Source: an uncultured delta proteobacterium | GTDB taxonomy: Bacteria > Desulfobacterota > Binatia > Binatales > Binataceae | Length of the DNA stretch: 64,000 nucleotides | NCBI GenBank assembly: GCA_963808235.1 | Contig: CAWEEQ010000004.1 | Coordinates: forward strand, 1,696,001-1,760,000 | Direction: 5' to 3' | Part shown: positions 41,726-49,662 of the stretch, piece after piece | Position numbering within the stretch: position 1 is the first letter of the stretch | How the letters are laid out: every line of letters begins with the position of its first letter | The notes under the pieces: generated by a model | What the model was told of the DNA's origin: nothing | The model's database searches: none | Seen by the model: only the letters and a program-made list of their open reading frames with translations | Translations under genes and position numbers: made by a program

Positions 41726-42178
41726 CTATTGTGATTGCTTGGGCTGGTACTTGGAAGGGCAACTCGTCATCACTTGGCTCGCGATGATGACGCCGCCGGC
41801 GCCGAGTTTGCCCTCGACTATAACGTCGCGGCCGGGCGCGAGCATATCGGGTTTCGGCTGTCCGGCGCAGTAAACGGCGAACGAAACGGGATCGGTCGCA
41901 TTGACGCTGACCGGCCGCACGGGCTCAGTCGAGGCAGGGTCGGGGATCGGTACGATCACGAATTTCAAAGTGAGGGTATTCGGCTCCCAGCTGATAGTGC
42001 CGGCCTTGACCCGGCCGGCGACGCGAATGGGCTCGCTGCCGAGCTCGGCCCGGCGCGCGCCGACTTCATCTACGGTGAGGTAGTACTCGGACGTGCTGCG
42101 AATCGCGCTTACGATCAAGTAAGCGATCGCAAGGACGATCAGGGCACCGCCGATGTAGAATCGAGGCCGCATCCGCAT
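41726..42178 (-). CDS. ccmE: Heme chaperone CcmE, CxxxY type
   Basis: N-terminal TM, YYLTVDE, IRVAGRV, VIVEG, C-terminal CPSKY. Confidence 0.92.
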   Translation of the reverse strand: MRMRPRFYIGGALIVLAIAYLIVSAIRSTSEYYLTVDEVGARRAELGSEPIRVAGRVKAGTISWEPNTLTLKFVIVPIPDPASTEPVRPVSVNATDPVSFAVYCAGQPKPDMLAPGRDVIVEGKLGAGGVIIASQVMTSCPSKYQPKQSQ

Positions 42179-42496
42179 TGCATAACTATATTCGAGATTT
42201 CAGCGGAGTGCATTCGTCGGCGGTCGCGGCATTTTAAGCGCCACCCTCACCTGCGCTCTTCCGTAAAAGTAGAACGTCGATACTATTCGTTGCTAAGGGC
42301 CTTCGCCGGCGGCTGCCCGGATCCCCGGTAGTGCGGCCAACTACTCGCTGGCCGGCTGGCGACGAAGGTCTCGAGCGACGCCAGCGCCGGCCCGATGCCA
42401 TCTCGAAACATCTGGGGATAGCCGGAGTCCTCGCCAAAATTGCGAAGGTCTCGGCGCGGCCTCTGCCTGCCAGGGCGAGGCTATTCAGAAATGACC

Positions 42497-42527
42497 GGGC
42501 GCCGAGCGAGGTTATCGCTCGGCGCCC
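42497..42527 (-). terminator. Hairpin downstream of His-Pro repeat gene 1
   Basis: GGGCGCCGAGCGA-GGTTA-TCGCTCGGCGCCC; nearly the same hairpin follows the paralog. Confidence 0.65.
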
Positions 42528-42545
42528 TTCCGACAAACTAAGTGC

Positions 42546-43307
42546 TTAGTGCTTCTGATCGTAGTGGCGTTCGGCGGCCATGTACTTGTACGGATGCGAC
42601 TTCCAGTCGCGACGAGCTACCGGATGCGTCTGCAGGTACTCATGCAGGCCCGGGTGATTCTCGACGTAGGTGTGATTGTCCACCAGCCCCGGATTCTTCT
42701 CCAGTTGCTGTGAGACTTCGGGATGCGAGTCCATGTACTTGTCGGTTGTCGCTAAGGGATGCGGACCGTTCCACTCGGTGTGGTTGTCGTAGTAGTGCTC
42801 ACGAGCCATGAAACGGTCCGGGTGATTCTGGAGCTCGCCTCGGACCTCCGGATGATTCTTGAAGTACTCGTCGAGTCCCGGATGAGTAGCCAGGAACTGC
42901 GGGTTGTCGACCAGCCGCGGGTCACGACCTAGCTGCGCTGCTACTTCGGGATGCTCGTCCAGGTAGCCATTGTCGAACCGGCCGACTTCGCCGCGCGTGA
43001 TTCCGTAGCCGCGCTCGCCGAAGTGGTCATGGCGCCATTCGTCGCTCATAAACCGGTATGGATGCTGCTGTAGGTCCTGTCTGACCTCCGGATGATTCTT
43101 GAAGTACTCATCGAGTCCCGGATGAGTAGCCAGGAACTGCGGGTTGTCGACCAGCCGCGGGTCACGACCTAGCTGCGCTGCTACTTCGGGATGCTCGTCC
43201 AGGTAGCCGTTGTCGAAACGAGCTATCGGACCAGCAGCCGCGATCGACACCGTGCCGATTGCGCCGGCTAAGATTAACGTTCCGAAAGTTTTTACGTACC
43301 GTTTCAT
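42546..43307 (-). CDS. Secreted His-Pro tandem-repeat protein (3 repeats)
   Basis: Signal peptide; repeats of YLDxHPEVAxQLxxDPxLVDNPxFLAxHPGLxEYxxxHPxxR; RBS AGGAG. Confidence 0.88.
   Translation of the reverse strand: MKRYVKTFGTLILAGAIGTVSIAAAGPIARFDNGYLDEHPEVAAQLGRDPRLVDNPQFLATHPGLDEYFKNHPEVRQDLQQHPYRFMSDEWRHDHFGERGYGITRGEVGRFDNGYLDEHPEVAAQLGRDPRLVDNPQFLATHPGLDEYFKNHPEVRGELQNHPDRFMAREHYYDNHTEWNGPHPLATTDKYMDSHPEVSQQLEKNPGLVDNHTYVENHPGLHEYLQTHPVARRDWKSHPYKYMAAERHYDQKH
42843..43217. repeat. 135-bp intragenic direct repeat (42843-42977 and 43083-43217)
   Basis: Two copies 240 bp apart with two mismatches, both synonymous. Confidence 0.9.
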
Positions 43308-43394
43308 GACTCGTCTCCTCTGCTGAATGCCGCGGCCTGTCATCCGCGAGTTATCTTCCCGATTCATCGGTAGTCTTCGCTTACTCGATGTTAG

Positions 43395-43421
43395 GACGGA
43401 GCTCGGGCCGGGTTCGTTTAC
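43395..43421 (-). promoter_or_regulatory. Putative ECF sigma promoter
   Basis: Minus strand GTAAAC-GAACCCGGCCCGAGCTC-CGTC upstream of the gene starting at 43307. Confidence 0.65.
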
Positions 43422-43490
43422 TTCGCGAAGCAGGTTCGTTTACTTAGTTCAGGTGGATGAGTGAGAGCGGTCTTCTGGGGAGGAATGTTT

Positions 43491-43514
43491 TCCTTGCTTC
43501 GCTCGGATGACACA
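43491..43514. repeat. Degenerate solo copy of the TGTCAT-type REP
   Basis: TCCTTGCTTCGCTCGGATGACACA versus TCCCTCGGCTTCGCTCGGGATGACACA in the outermost right repeat of the nuclease locus. Confidence 0.65.
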
Positions 43515-43588
43515 GGGTGTCCGCGACAATTCGCGCTCGTTGCTCGAAGAAGCAGGGATTGGTAGGGAGCTAGCTGCAGAAATGCGAC

Positions 43589-43616
43589 GGCGCCGAGCGA
43601 GGTGTCGCTCGGCGCC
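43589..43616 (-). terminator. Hairpin downstream of His-Pro repeat gene 2
   Basis: GGCGCCGAGCGA-GGTG-TCGCTCGGCGCC. Confidence 0.65.
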
Positions 43617-43648
43617 GCTCTGATCGCCGACGTGCGCGGTCCTATACT

Positions 43649-44158
43649 TTAGTGATGCTGTTGGTAGGTCTTTTCGGCCGACATGTATTTGTTGGGATGC
43701 TCCTTCCAATCGCGCCGCGCGGTCGGATGACTCTGAAGGTAGTCATGCAGTCCCGGATGACTCGCCACGAATTCGGGATTATCGACCAGTCCCGGATTCC
43801 TCTCGAGCTTCGCTGCGACATCAGGATGATTGTCCAGGTAGCGATCGCTAGTCGCTAGCGGATGGGACCCGCCGTGGCCAAAGTACCCCTGCTCGTGAGC
43901 CATGAAGCGGTCGGGATGCTCCTTGATCTCGCGGCGGACTTCCGGATGTGACTGGAAGTACTCGTGGAGACCCGGATGATTCGCGATGAAATTCGGGTTG
44001 TCCACCAAGCCCGGATCTTTCTGCAGGCGTTGCGCGACTTCGGGATGGCTGTCCAGGTATCCCCAGTCGAAATTACTGACCGGGTTTTGGGCGAATGCCG
44101 CCGTGCTCATGGCGCTCGCCAAAATCAGGGCTCCGAAACCTATTGCGTACCTTTTCAT
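43649..44158 (-). CDS. Secreted His-Pro tandem-repeat protein (2 repeats), paralog of 42546-43307
   Basis: Signal peptide ending AFA; same repeat motif; RBS AAGGAG. Confidence 0.88.
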   Translation of the reverse strand: MKRYAIGFGALILASAMSTAAFAQNPVSNFDWGYLDSHPEVAQRLQKDPGLVDNPNFIANHPGLHEYFQSHPEVRREIKEHPDRFMAHEQGYFGHGGSHPLATSDRYLDNHPDVAAKLERNPGLVDNPEFVASHPGLHDYLQSHPTARRDWKEHPNKYMSAEKTYQQHH

Positions 44159-44251
44159 CACCTGTCTCCTTTGCTGCCTCGGCGTCGCCGCCGATCTGTT
44201 TCCCGATCTCACTTTTCACGTCTTCGGGATTGCCCTCGCTGTCGATACTTA

Positions 44252-44277
44252 GACGCAGCGCGGGCGGGTTCGTTTCA
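44252..44277 (-). promoter_or_regulatory. Putative ECF sigma promoter
   Basis: Minus strand TGAAAC-N16-CGTC (TGAAACGAACCCGCCCGCGCTGCGTC), SigW-like. Confidence 0.7.
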
Positions 44278-44316
44278 CCCACTTTTCGTAAAAAAGAGTT
44301 TATTTCATGGAGGCAA

Positions 44317-44343
44317 GTAAACGAAGACCCCCCGGTTTTCGTC
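44317..44343 (+). promoter_or_regulatory. Putative autoregulatory ECF promoter
   Basis: GTAAAC-GAAGACCCCCCGGTTTT-CGTC upstream of the sigma gene. Confidence 0.65.
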
Positions 44344-44462
44344 AAATAGGTAGGGAAAATGTAACATCGGTCCCCAGGCTGATACGAAATTGCCGGCCGC
44401 GGACCGAAGATTCAGTCTGGTCCGTAGCCGCCACAAAGGCTTAAAGCGGCAGACTGACCCAG

Positions 44463-45029
44463 GTGGAGCCTTCCGATGAGGAGTTGTGCAGGAGAATCGC
44501 CGAGCGCGATGCACAAGCATTCGAGCTCATGGTGGACCGCCACCAGGCGCGCGCGTACCGGCTCGCATCGTCGATCCTTGGCAACGAGGCCGACGCGCGC
44601 GATGTCTCCCAGGACGCGTTCATCCGGCTTTACGAATCGGCGGGCAGTTTCGACGGCCGTTCGCGCTTTTCGACCTGGTTCTACCGGATCCTGGTCAATT
44701 TGTGCATCGATAATCAACGGCGTAATCGATGGTGGCGGCGGCTGGTACCGCTGGCGAGTTCCGGCGATGATCCCACGGAGCCGAGCTTCGATCCGCCGTC
44801 GGGTGAAGCTGGCCCAGAGGGGTCGGCGATGCTGAGCGAATCGATAAGCCGGCTTCGGCCGGCACTCAAAAGACTCTCACCGCAGCAGCGAGCCGCGGTG
44901 CTGTTACAGACGCAGGAAGGTTTCACGAGCCGCGAAATCGCGGCGGTGCTGAAGTGCTCGGAAAACACGGCGCGCGTGCATGTGCATCGCGCGATCGCGC
45001 AGCTAAGAAAGCTGCTGCAAAACGACTGA
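44463..45029 (+). CDS. ECF sigma factor
   Basis: DARDVSQDAFIR, FDGRSRFSTWFYRILVNLCID, region 4 EIAAVLKCSENTARVHVHRA. Confidence 0.95.
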   Translation: MEPSDEELCRRIAERDAQAFELMVDRHQARAYRLASSILGNEADARDVSQDAFIRLYESAGSFDGRSRFSTWFYRILVNLCIDNQRRNRWWRRLVPLASSGDDPTEPSFDPPSGEAGPEGSAMLSESISRLRPALKRLSPQQRAAVLLQTQEGFTSREIAAVLKCSENTARVHVHRAIAQLRKLLQND

Positions 45030-45052
45030 ACTGAAGCGACCAGTTATCGAAA

Positions 45053-45616
45053 ATGGCTGCCACCGATCATCCCGACTTCGACCTGGTGCCGTATATCCGC
45101 GGCGAGTTGAGCGCGGACGAACGTGTGCAGGTCGAGCGCCATCTCGAACACTGCGCGGATTGCCGCGAGTCGGCGGCGGCGTCGGCGGCGATTCTCGCGC
45201 AGGTGTCGCGCGCGATCGATGAAGTCCACTCGCCCGATTGGAGCGAGTATCGCGCCGAGTTGCATCGCAAGCTTGCCGATAGGCAATCCGGTGGCCCGGC
45301 GGCTCAGCGATGGTGGCCATCTCAACTTCGCGTGCCGTCAATCAAATGGCCGGCGATGGCGCTGGCGGGTGCGGTAACGGCGATACTCGCGGTTGCAATC
45401 GTGACGCATCGCGGCACCGGTCTGGAAGCGCCGGGAGTCGAAGAGCTCGCGATGGATCAGGAGATGAGCGGTGCGGACATGAATGACGCCGATGTTGGCT
45501 TGCTGGCCAACTATCGCGTCGTCGAGCATCTTGACCTGCTCGAGAACTATGAGCTGATCGAGCATCTGGACGAGCTCGGGCCCGGGGATCGCCAGAACCA
45601 TGAAACTTCATCGTAA
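45053..45616 (+). CDS. Zinc-binding anti-sigma factor (zf-HC2) with single TM
   Basis: HLEHCADC (HxxxCxxC), TM helix, short extracytoplasmic tail. Confidence 0.9.
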   Translation: MAATDHPDFDLVPYIRGELSADERVQVERHLEHCADCRESAAASAAILAQVSRAIDEVHSPDWSEYRAELHRKLADRQSGGPAAQRWWPSQLRVPSIKWPAMALAGAVTAILAVAIVTHRGTGLEAPGVEELAMDQEMSGADMNDADVGLLANYRVVEHLDLLENYELIEHLDELGPGDRQNHETSS

Positions 45617-45962
45617 AGTGGTTGCGATCATGATTCTGACGACCACCCTGATCATCGTCGAAACCCATCAAGCGTCGGCGCAAGACGCTCCGCCCGATCT
45701 TAACATGTTGATGAACCTAGACTTGTTCGCATCACGCTCGAAGGCGCGCAACGATGCGCCCGGCACAGGAACGCCGGGAATAGCGGATGCTGCCGCGCCT
45801 GGGGCGGACGATTCGATGTTCGCGCAGATACGCGCGCTGAGCGCGATGGGCTATCTCGGCGACAACGCCGATTCGGCAAGAGCCGCGGCGCCTGGGAACG
45901 CGAACGGCGATGTCGCGCCGTCGAGCCTGCCGACCAAGGGCGTCGAGGATCAGCAGCGATGA
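45600..45962 (+). CDS. Secreted hypothetical protein
   Basis: Signal peptide; overlaps both neighbours as expected in an operon; LNMLMNLDLF motif. Confidence 0.75.
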   Translation: MKLHRKVVAIMILTTTLIIVETHQASAQDAPPDLNMLMNLDLFASRSKARNDAPGTGTPGIADAAAPGADDSMFAQIRALSAMGYLGDNADSARAAAPGNANGDVAPSSLPTKGVEDQQR

Positions 45963-46546
45963 CAGCTCGAATCCGAAGAGTCAGTGTATTCATGCTCGCG
46001 ATGTTACTATTCGCCGGCTTCCCACTGACGAATGCCGCGCGTGCGCAAATGACTCCAGATGTGGAGCCGTCGACGGACGCGGAACGCGCGCTGGTCGCGC
46101 AGCATCCGAAAGAATGGGCACGACTCGGTCCCGAACAGCGCCGCCGGGTGCTCGAGAATTATCAGCGGTGGCAGCAGATGCGGCCCGAAGAGCGTCAAGC
46201 GGCGCAGCGGAACTTCCAGGAATTTCGCAATCTCCCGCCCGAAGAACGCCGGCGCGTGATGGAAGGGCTGCACAGGTGGCGCGCGCTTCCCCAGGCGCGC
46301 CGCGACGAATTGCAGCAGGATTACGCGCGTTACCGGCGCCTGCCTCCCGACGAGCGCGACAAGGTGATGCAGCGATACCGCCAATTCGAGCAGCTTCCTC
46401 CCGCGCAGCGAGAGCGGGTGCTCGCGAACTATCGTCGCTGGCAACAGATGACGCCGCAGCAGCGGATCGAGGCTCGGCGCCGATTCGGCCAGCGGCGGCG
46501 TCCCTATCAAGCGCCTCGCGCACAGCCTCACGAACAGACCGAATAG
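45959..46546 (+). CDS. DUF3106-like periplasmic helical repeat protein
   Basis: Signal peptide; 18-aa repeats W/FxxLxPExRxRVxxxxxR. Confidence 0.85.
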   Translation: MTARIRRVSVFMLAMLLFAGFPLTNAARAQMTPDVEPSTDAERALVAQHPKEWARLGPEQRRRVLENYQRWQQMRPEERQAAQRNFQEFRNLPPEERRRVMEGLHRWRALPQARRDELQQDYARYRRLPPDERDKVMQRYRQFEQLPPAQRERVLANYRRWQQMTPQQRIEARRRFGQRRRPYQAPRAQPHEQTE

Positions 46547-46723
46547 ACCAATCGCATCTGTCTCATAAGACGCGACTGCGCGCGCGAGATCGCACCGCTC
46601 TCGCCGAATTATTCCGATCGCTTGTAAACGAGCTTGAGCCCGGGCGCGTCCTACACTCCGATCGCACATTTATTCAACTCGATTGCGCGGGCAATCGACC
46701 TGGAGTCGAGGAGGAAGACTTTT

Positions 46724-47896
46724 ATGTTTGGAACATCACGATTGAAATGGCCTGCCGCATTGATGGCCGCGCCTGTCGCGCTACTGCTCGCATCGGGAGT
46801 GGCGCGCGCGCAAACGTTCAGCGCCGCACTTGTTCAATGCAGGGCGGTTGCAAAGCCGGCGACAATTGCGGGCTGTGCCGGAGTCAATGATCCACTCAAG
46901 CGAGGCATCGCTACGATCAACGACATGGGTGACGTTACCGTCGCAGTCGATGGTGCCGCGACCAACACCACCTACGCCGTCGCATTCGTTTCCGGCGATG
47001 GCACTCAATCCACTTCGCTCGGCAACCTGATGACCGGCCCCAAGGGCGACGGCGCGATCAGGCACGACGCATTCTTCAAATTCGGAACCGTGGGCGCGGG
47101 CAACGTGGTGCTTAGCACCGCCGCCGGCGAGGAGTTCGTGACCGGGATAACAATCTCCTCCGACGGGCTCGAATCGAGTCCCGACTTCCAGCCCGGCCTG
47201 GTCCGCTGCGCGGACGTGACCGTGCCCGGGATTCTTTCATCGTGCGGAAACGATCCTTTGACCAGCGGCCGTGTCAACGTCGAAAACGACGACGGCGCGC
47301 TCTTGATCCGTGTCAATGGCGCCCGGCCCAGTACCAGTTACACGGCCATCCTGCGCTCGACGGGAGGCACCACGATCGCTCTTGGAACGGTGGGCCCGAC
47401 CAACAGCCATGGCTATGCCACCCTGACCGTACCGACTGAATTTGCCGCGAGCACGATCGCGTCCGGATCTATCGTGCTCCAGAACGGTACCACCGACGAG
47501 TTCCTGTCCGGATTCAAGGTGGATCAGAAGTTCGTGCGGCCGAAGGTCGCAGTCTCGAACCTGGTGCGATGCGCCGACGTGACCGATCCGACGGGCCTCG
47601 TATGCGGGAGCGATCCACTTGATAGCGGCGCCTACGAGGTGAACAGGACCGGCCAAATCGGCGTGTTCGTGACCGGTGCGGAACCGAGCACGAACTACGA
47701 AGTGTTCTTCCGCCCGCTCGACAATTCCGGTGACGTGGATACCGGCCTTGCACTGCCGACCAACACCGATGGCAACGCCGTGGCGGGTCCGCATGGGTTC
47801 TTCCCCGCAGATACGGTTGCCTCGGGAACCCTGGTCGTGAAGCGGCAGGGAGTTGGGCAACCCGATGAGTTCGTAGCTGGCTTTACAATCCGCTAA
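46724..47896 (+). CDS. Secreted protein with three Cys-paired beta-rich repeats
   Basis: RBS GAGGAGG, signal peptide, three copies of LVxC...C..DPLxxG...GAxxxTxY...EFxxG. Confidence 0.85.
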   Translation: MFGTSRLKWPAALMAAPVALLLASGVARAQTFSAALVQCRAVAKPATIAGCAGVNDPLKRGIATINDMGDVTVAVDGAATNTTYAVAFVSGDGTQSTSLGNLMTGPKGDGAIRHDAFFKFGTVGAGNVVLSTAAGEEFVTGITISSDGLESSPDFQPGLVRCADVTVPGILSSCGNDPLTSGRVNVENDDGALLIRVNGARPSTSYTAILRSTGGTTIALGTVGPTNSHGYATLTVPTEFAASTIASGSIVLQNGTTDEFLSGFKVDQKFVRPKVAVSNLVRCADVTDPTGLVCGSDPLDSGAYEVNRTGQIGVFVTGAEPSTNYEVFFRPLDNSGDVDTGLALPTNTDGNAVAGPHGFFPADTVASGTLVVKRQGVGQPDEFVAGFTIR

Positions 47897-47919
47897 AGCG
47901 TGCCTTGCACGGATCTATC

Positions 47920-47951
47920 GGCGGGCGGCTCGTTGAATCGGGCCGCCCGCC
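47920..47951. terminator. Hairpin between convergent genes
   Basis: GGCGGGCGGCTCG-TTGAAT-CGGGCCGCCCGCC. Confidence 0.6.
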
Positions 47952-47976
47952 TCGTTGCCTAAGAATAGTTGACGGT

Positions 47977-48822
47977 TCAGCCGTCGGAGTCGTCGTCGGA
48001 ATCGGGGTGGCGATCGTCGAGAGGTCCAAAGGCGACACCGCGCTTCGATGCGCGGATGAAATCTACCATCTCGACAACTTCGGGACAGGCGAGCGCGTCG
48101 GCCGACTTCGCGAAGCGCTCGATGGCGAGCTTCAAATTCTGCCGCGCGCCGAACAGCGCCGTGAACGCATGGCGGAGCGCGTGAATTGACTTCGACGGAA
48201 CGCCCGCGCGCTTCAATCCGATCACATTGATCCCGCGCAGCGTGTGCGTGCCGTCCATGATGCAGAAAGGCGGCACGTCGCGGCTGGTCCGCGACAGCCC
48301 GCGCATCATCGCGAGCCGCCCGATTCGGGTGTACTGATGAACGACGCAGTTGCCCGAGACCAGGACCCGGTCGCCGACTTCGACCCATCCCGCGAGCAGC
48401 GCGCCGCCGGCGATGATCGTCGAGTTGCCGATCCGGCAGTCATGGGCGACGTGAGAATTCTGCATCATGAAGTTGTCGTCACCCATTGTGGTGATGTCGC
48501 CGCGCTCGCTGCCGCGATGCACCGTCGAGTATTCGCGGAACACGTTCCGATTGCCGATTTTTACCCGGCGCGCCACCCCGGTGTAGGTCAGATCCTGCGG
48601 CTCATCGCCGATCACGACGCCCGGGTGAAGAACGTTTTCGGCGCCGAGTTCGGTGATGCCCAGAATTGTGACGTGACCTATCAGGCGAGTGCCCGCGCCG
48701 AGGCTGATTTTCCCATCGAGCAGGCATAACGGGCCCACCTCGACGCCGGGAGCCAGTTCGACTTCGGGACCGACGACCGAGCTCGGATGAATCCGCGGCG
48801 GCGCAGTCGCCGTGCCACTCAA
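47977..48822 (-). CDS. lpxA: Acyl-ACP--UDP-N-acetylglucosamine O-acyltransferase
   Basis: Hexapeptide repeats, GDEPQDL, REYSTVHRG, HVAHDC, VHQY, DVPPF. Confidence 0.92.
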   Translation of the reverse strand: MSGTATAPPRIHPSSVVGPEVELAPGVEVGPLCLLDGKISLGAGTRLIGHVTILGITELGAENVLHPGVVIGDEPQDLTYTGVARRVKIGNRNVFREYSTVHRGSERGDITTMGDDNFMMQNSHVAHDCRIGNSTIIAGGALLAGWVEVGDRVLVSGNCVVHQYTRIGRLAMMRGLSRTSRDVPPFCIMDGTHTLRGINVIGLKRAGVPSKSIHALRHAFTALFGARQNLKLAIERFAKSADALACPEVVEMVDFIRASKRGVAFGPLDDRHPDSDDDSDG

Positions 48823-49019
48823 TTGAGGAGCCTGCGCTTTTTCAAGACATCGGGATCGTCGTCGGGATGCTGGTGGTCGGCGGGCTCCGGCTCATCGGTC
48901 TCGTAGTCGCCGGAGACCCAGGTGCCGAGATCGATCAACTGGCATCGCTCGGAACAAAAGGGGCGAAAGCGATTCGCCTGCGACATGTCAGCCGGTTTTT
49001 TGCAATTGGGACAGGCCAT
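48819..49019 (-). CDS. yacG: DNA gyrase inhibitor YacG
   Basis: CPNC...RPFCSERCQLIDLGTW. Confidence 0.93.
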   Translation of the reverse strand: MACPNCKKPADMSQANRFRPFCSERCQLIDLGTWVSGDYETDEPEPADHQHPDDDPDVLKKRRLLN

Positions 49020-49152
49020 CGTACTTCGACCCGCAATGCAATCTGCTAGTCCAGCTACGCCGAGAATTGCCAGATGAACGCACGCAGCGCAAATGCGATC
49101 GGCGCGAGGAGTATCGCCGACTCCTCGCGCCGCAGCCGACCACTGCCTTTGC

Positions 49153-49467
49153 TTACGGGTGCGAGCCGCGCATAACGAAGACGCTGCCCTTTGGTCCGAT
49201 GCGTATGCAGTTGACGTCGGTGCGATTAAACTCTGGCGTGCACATCGGCTGATCGACCGCCGGGCACTTGTACAGGTTCGCTTCGAGCTGCTGGCACTTT
49301 GACAGATCGAAGTTCACTGCGATGGGCGCTTCGGTCGGCTGAGCCGCGTTCTGGTCCGAGCATCCGCCGAGCGCGAGCATCCCGAGCGATGCGGCCAGCG
49401 CCGCCGCCGATATGATTCCGCGCCTTCGCGCGCGCGCTTTCGAGACAAGGTCTTTTCCGGTCTGCAT
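49153..49467 (-). CDS. Small Cys-rich lipoprotein
   Basis: Lipobox LGGC, four further Cys, RBS AAGGAG. Confidence 0.75.
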   Translation of the reverse strand: MQTGKDLVSKARARRRGIISAAALAASLGMLALGGCSDQNAAQPTEAPIAVNFDLSKCQQLEANLYKCPAVDQPMCTPEFNRTDVNCIRIGPKGSVFVMRGSHP

Positions 49468-49662
49468 CGAGTTCTCCTTCCGTTCCAGTTGATAGGGTCA
49501 TCCCCGTTCGCAACCCTCAAACCTAGCCGCCTCGGCGTCTGAACTCGCGCCGCTGATACTCTGACGGATTCTAATACACCATAGGCGGGCTGCCCAAAAG
49601 AGGGGCTGAAGGCGGGAATTCCGTACATTGCGCGCGCTTACGTTGCGCGTCAGGCGGGCTGG

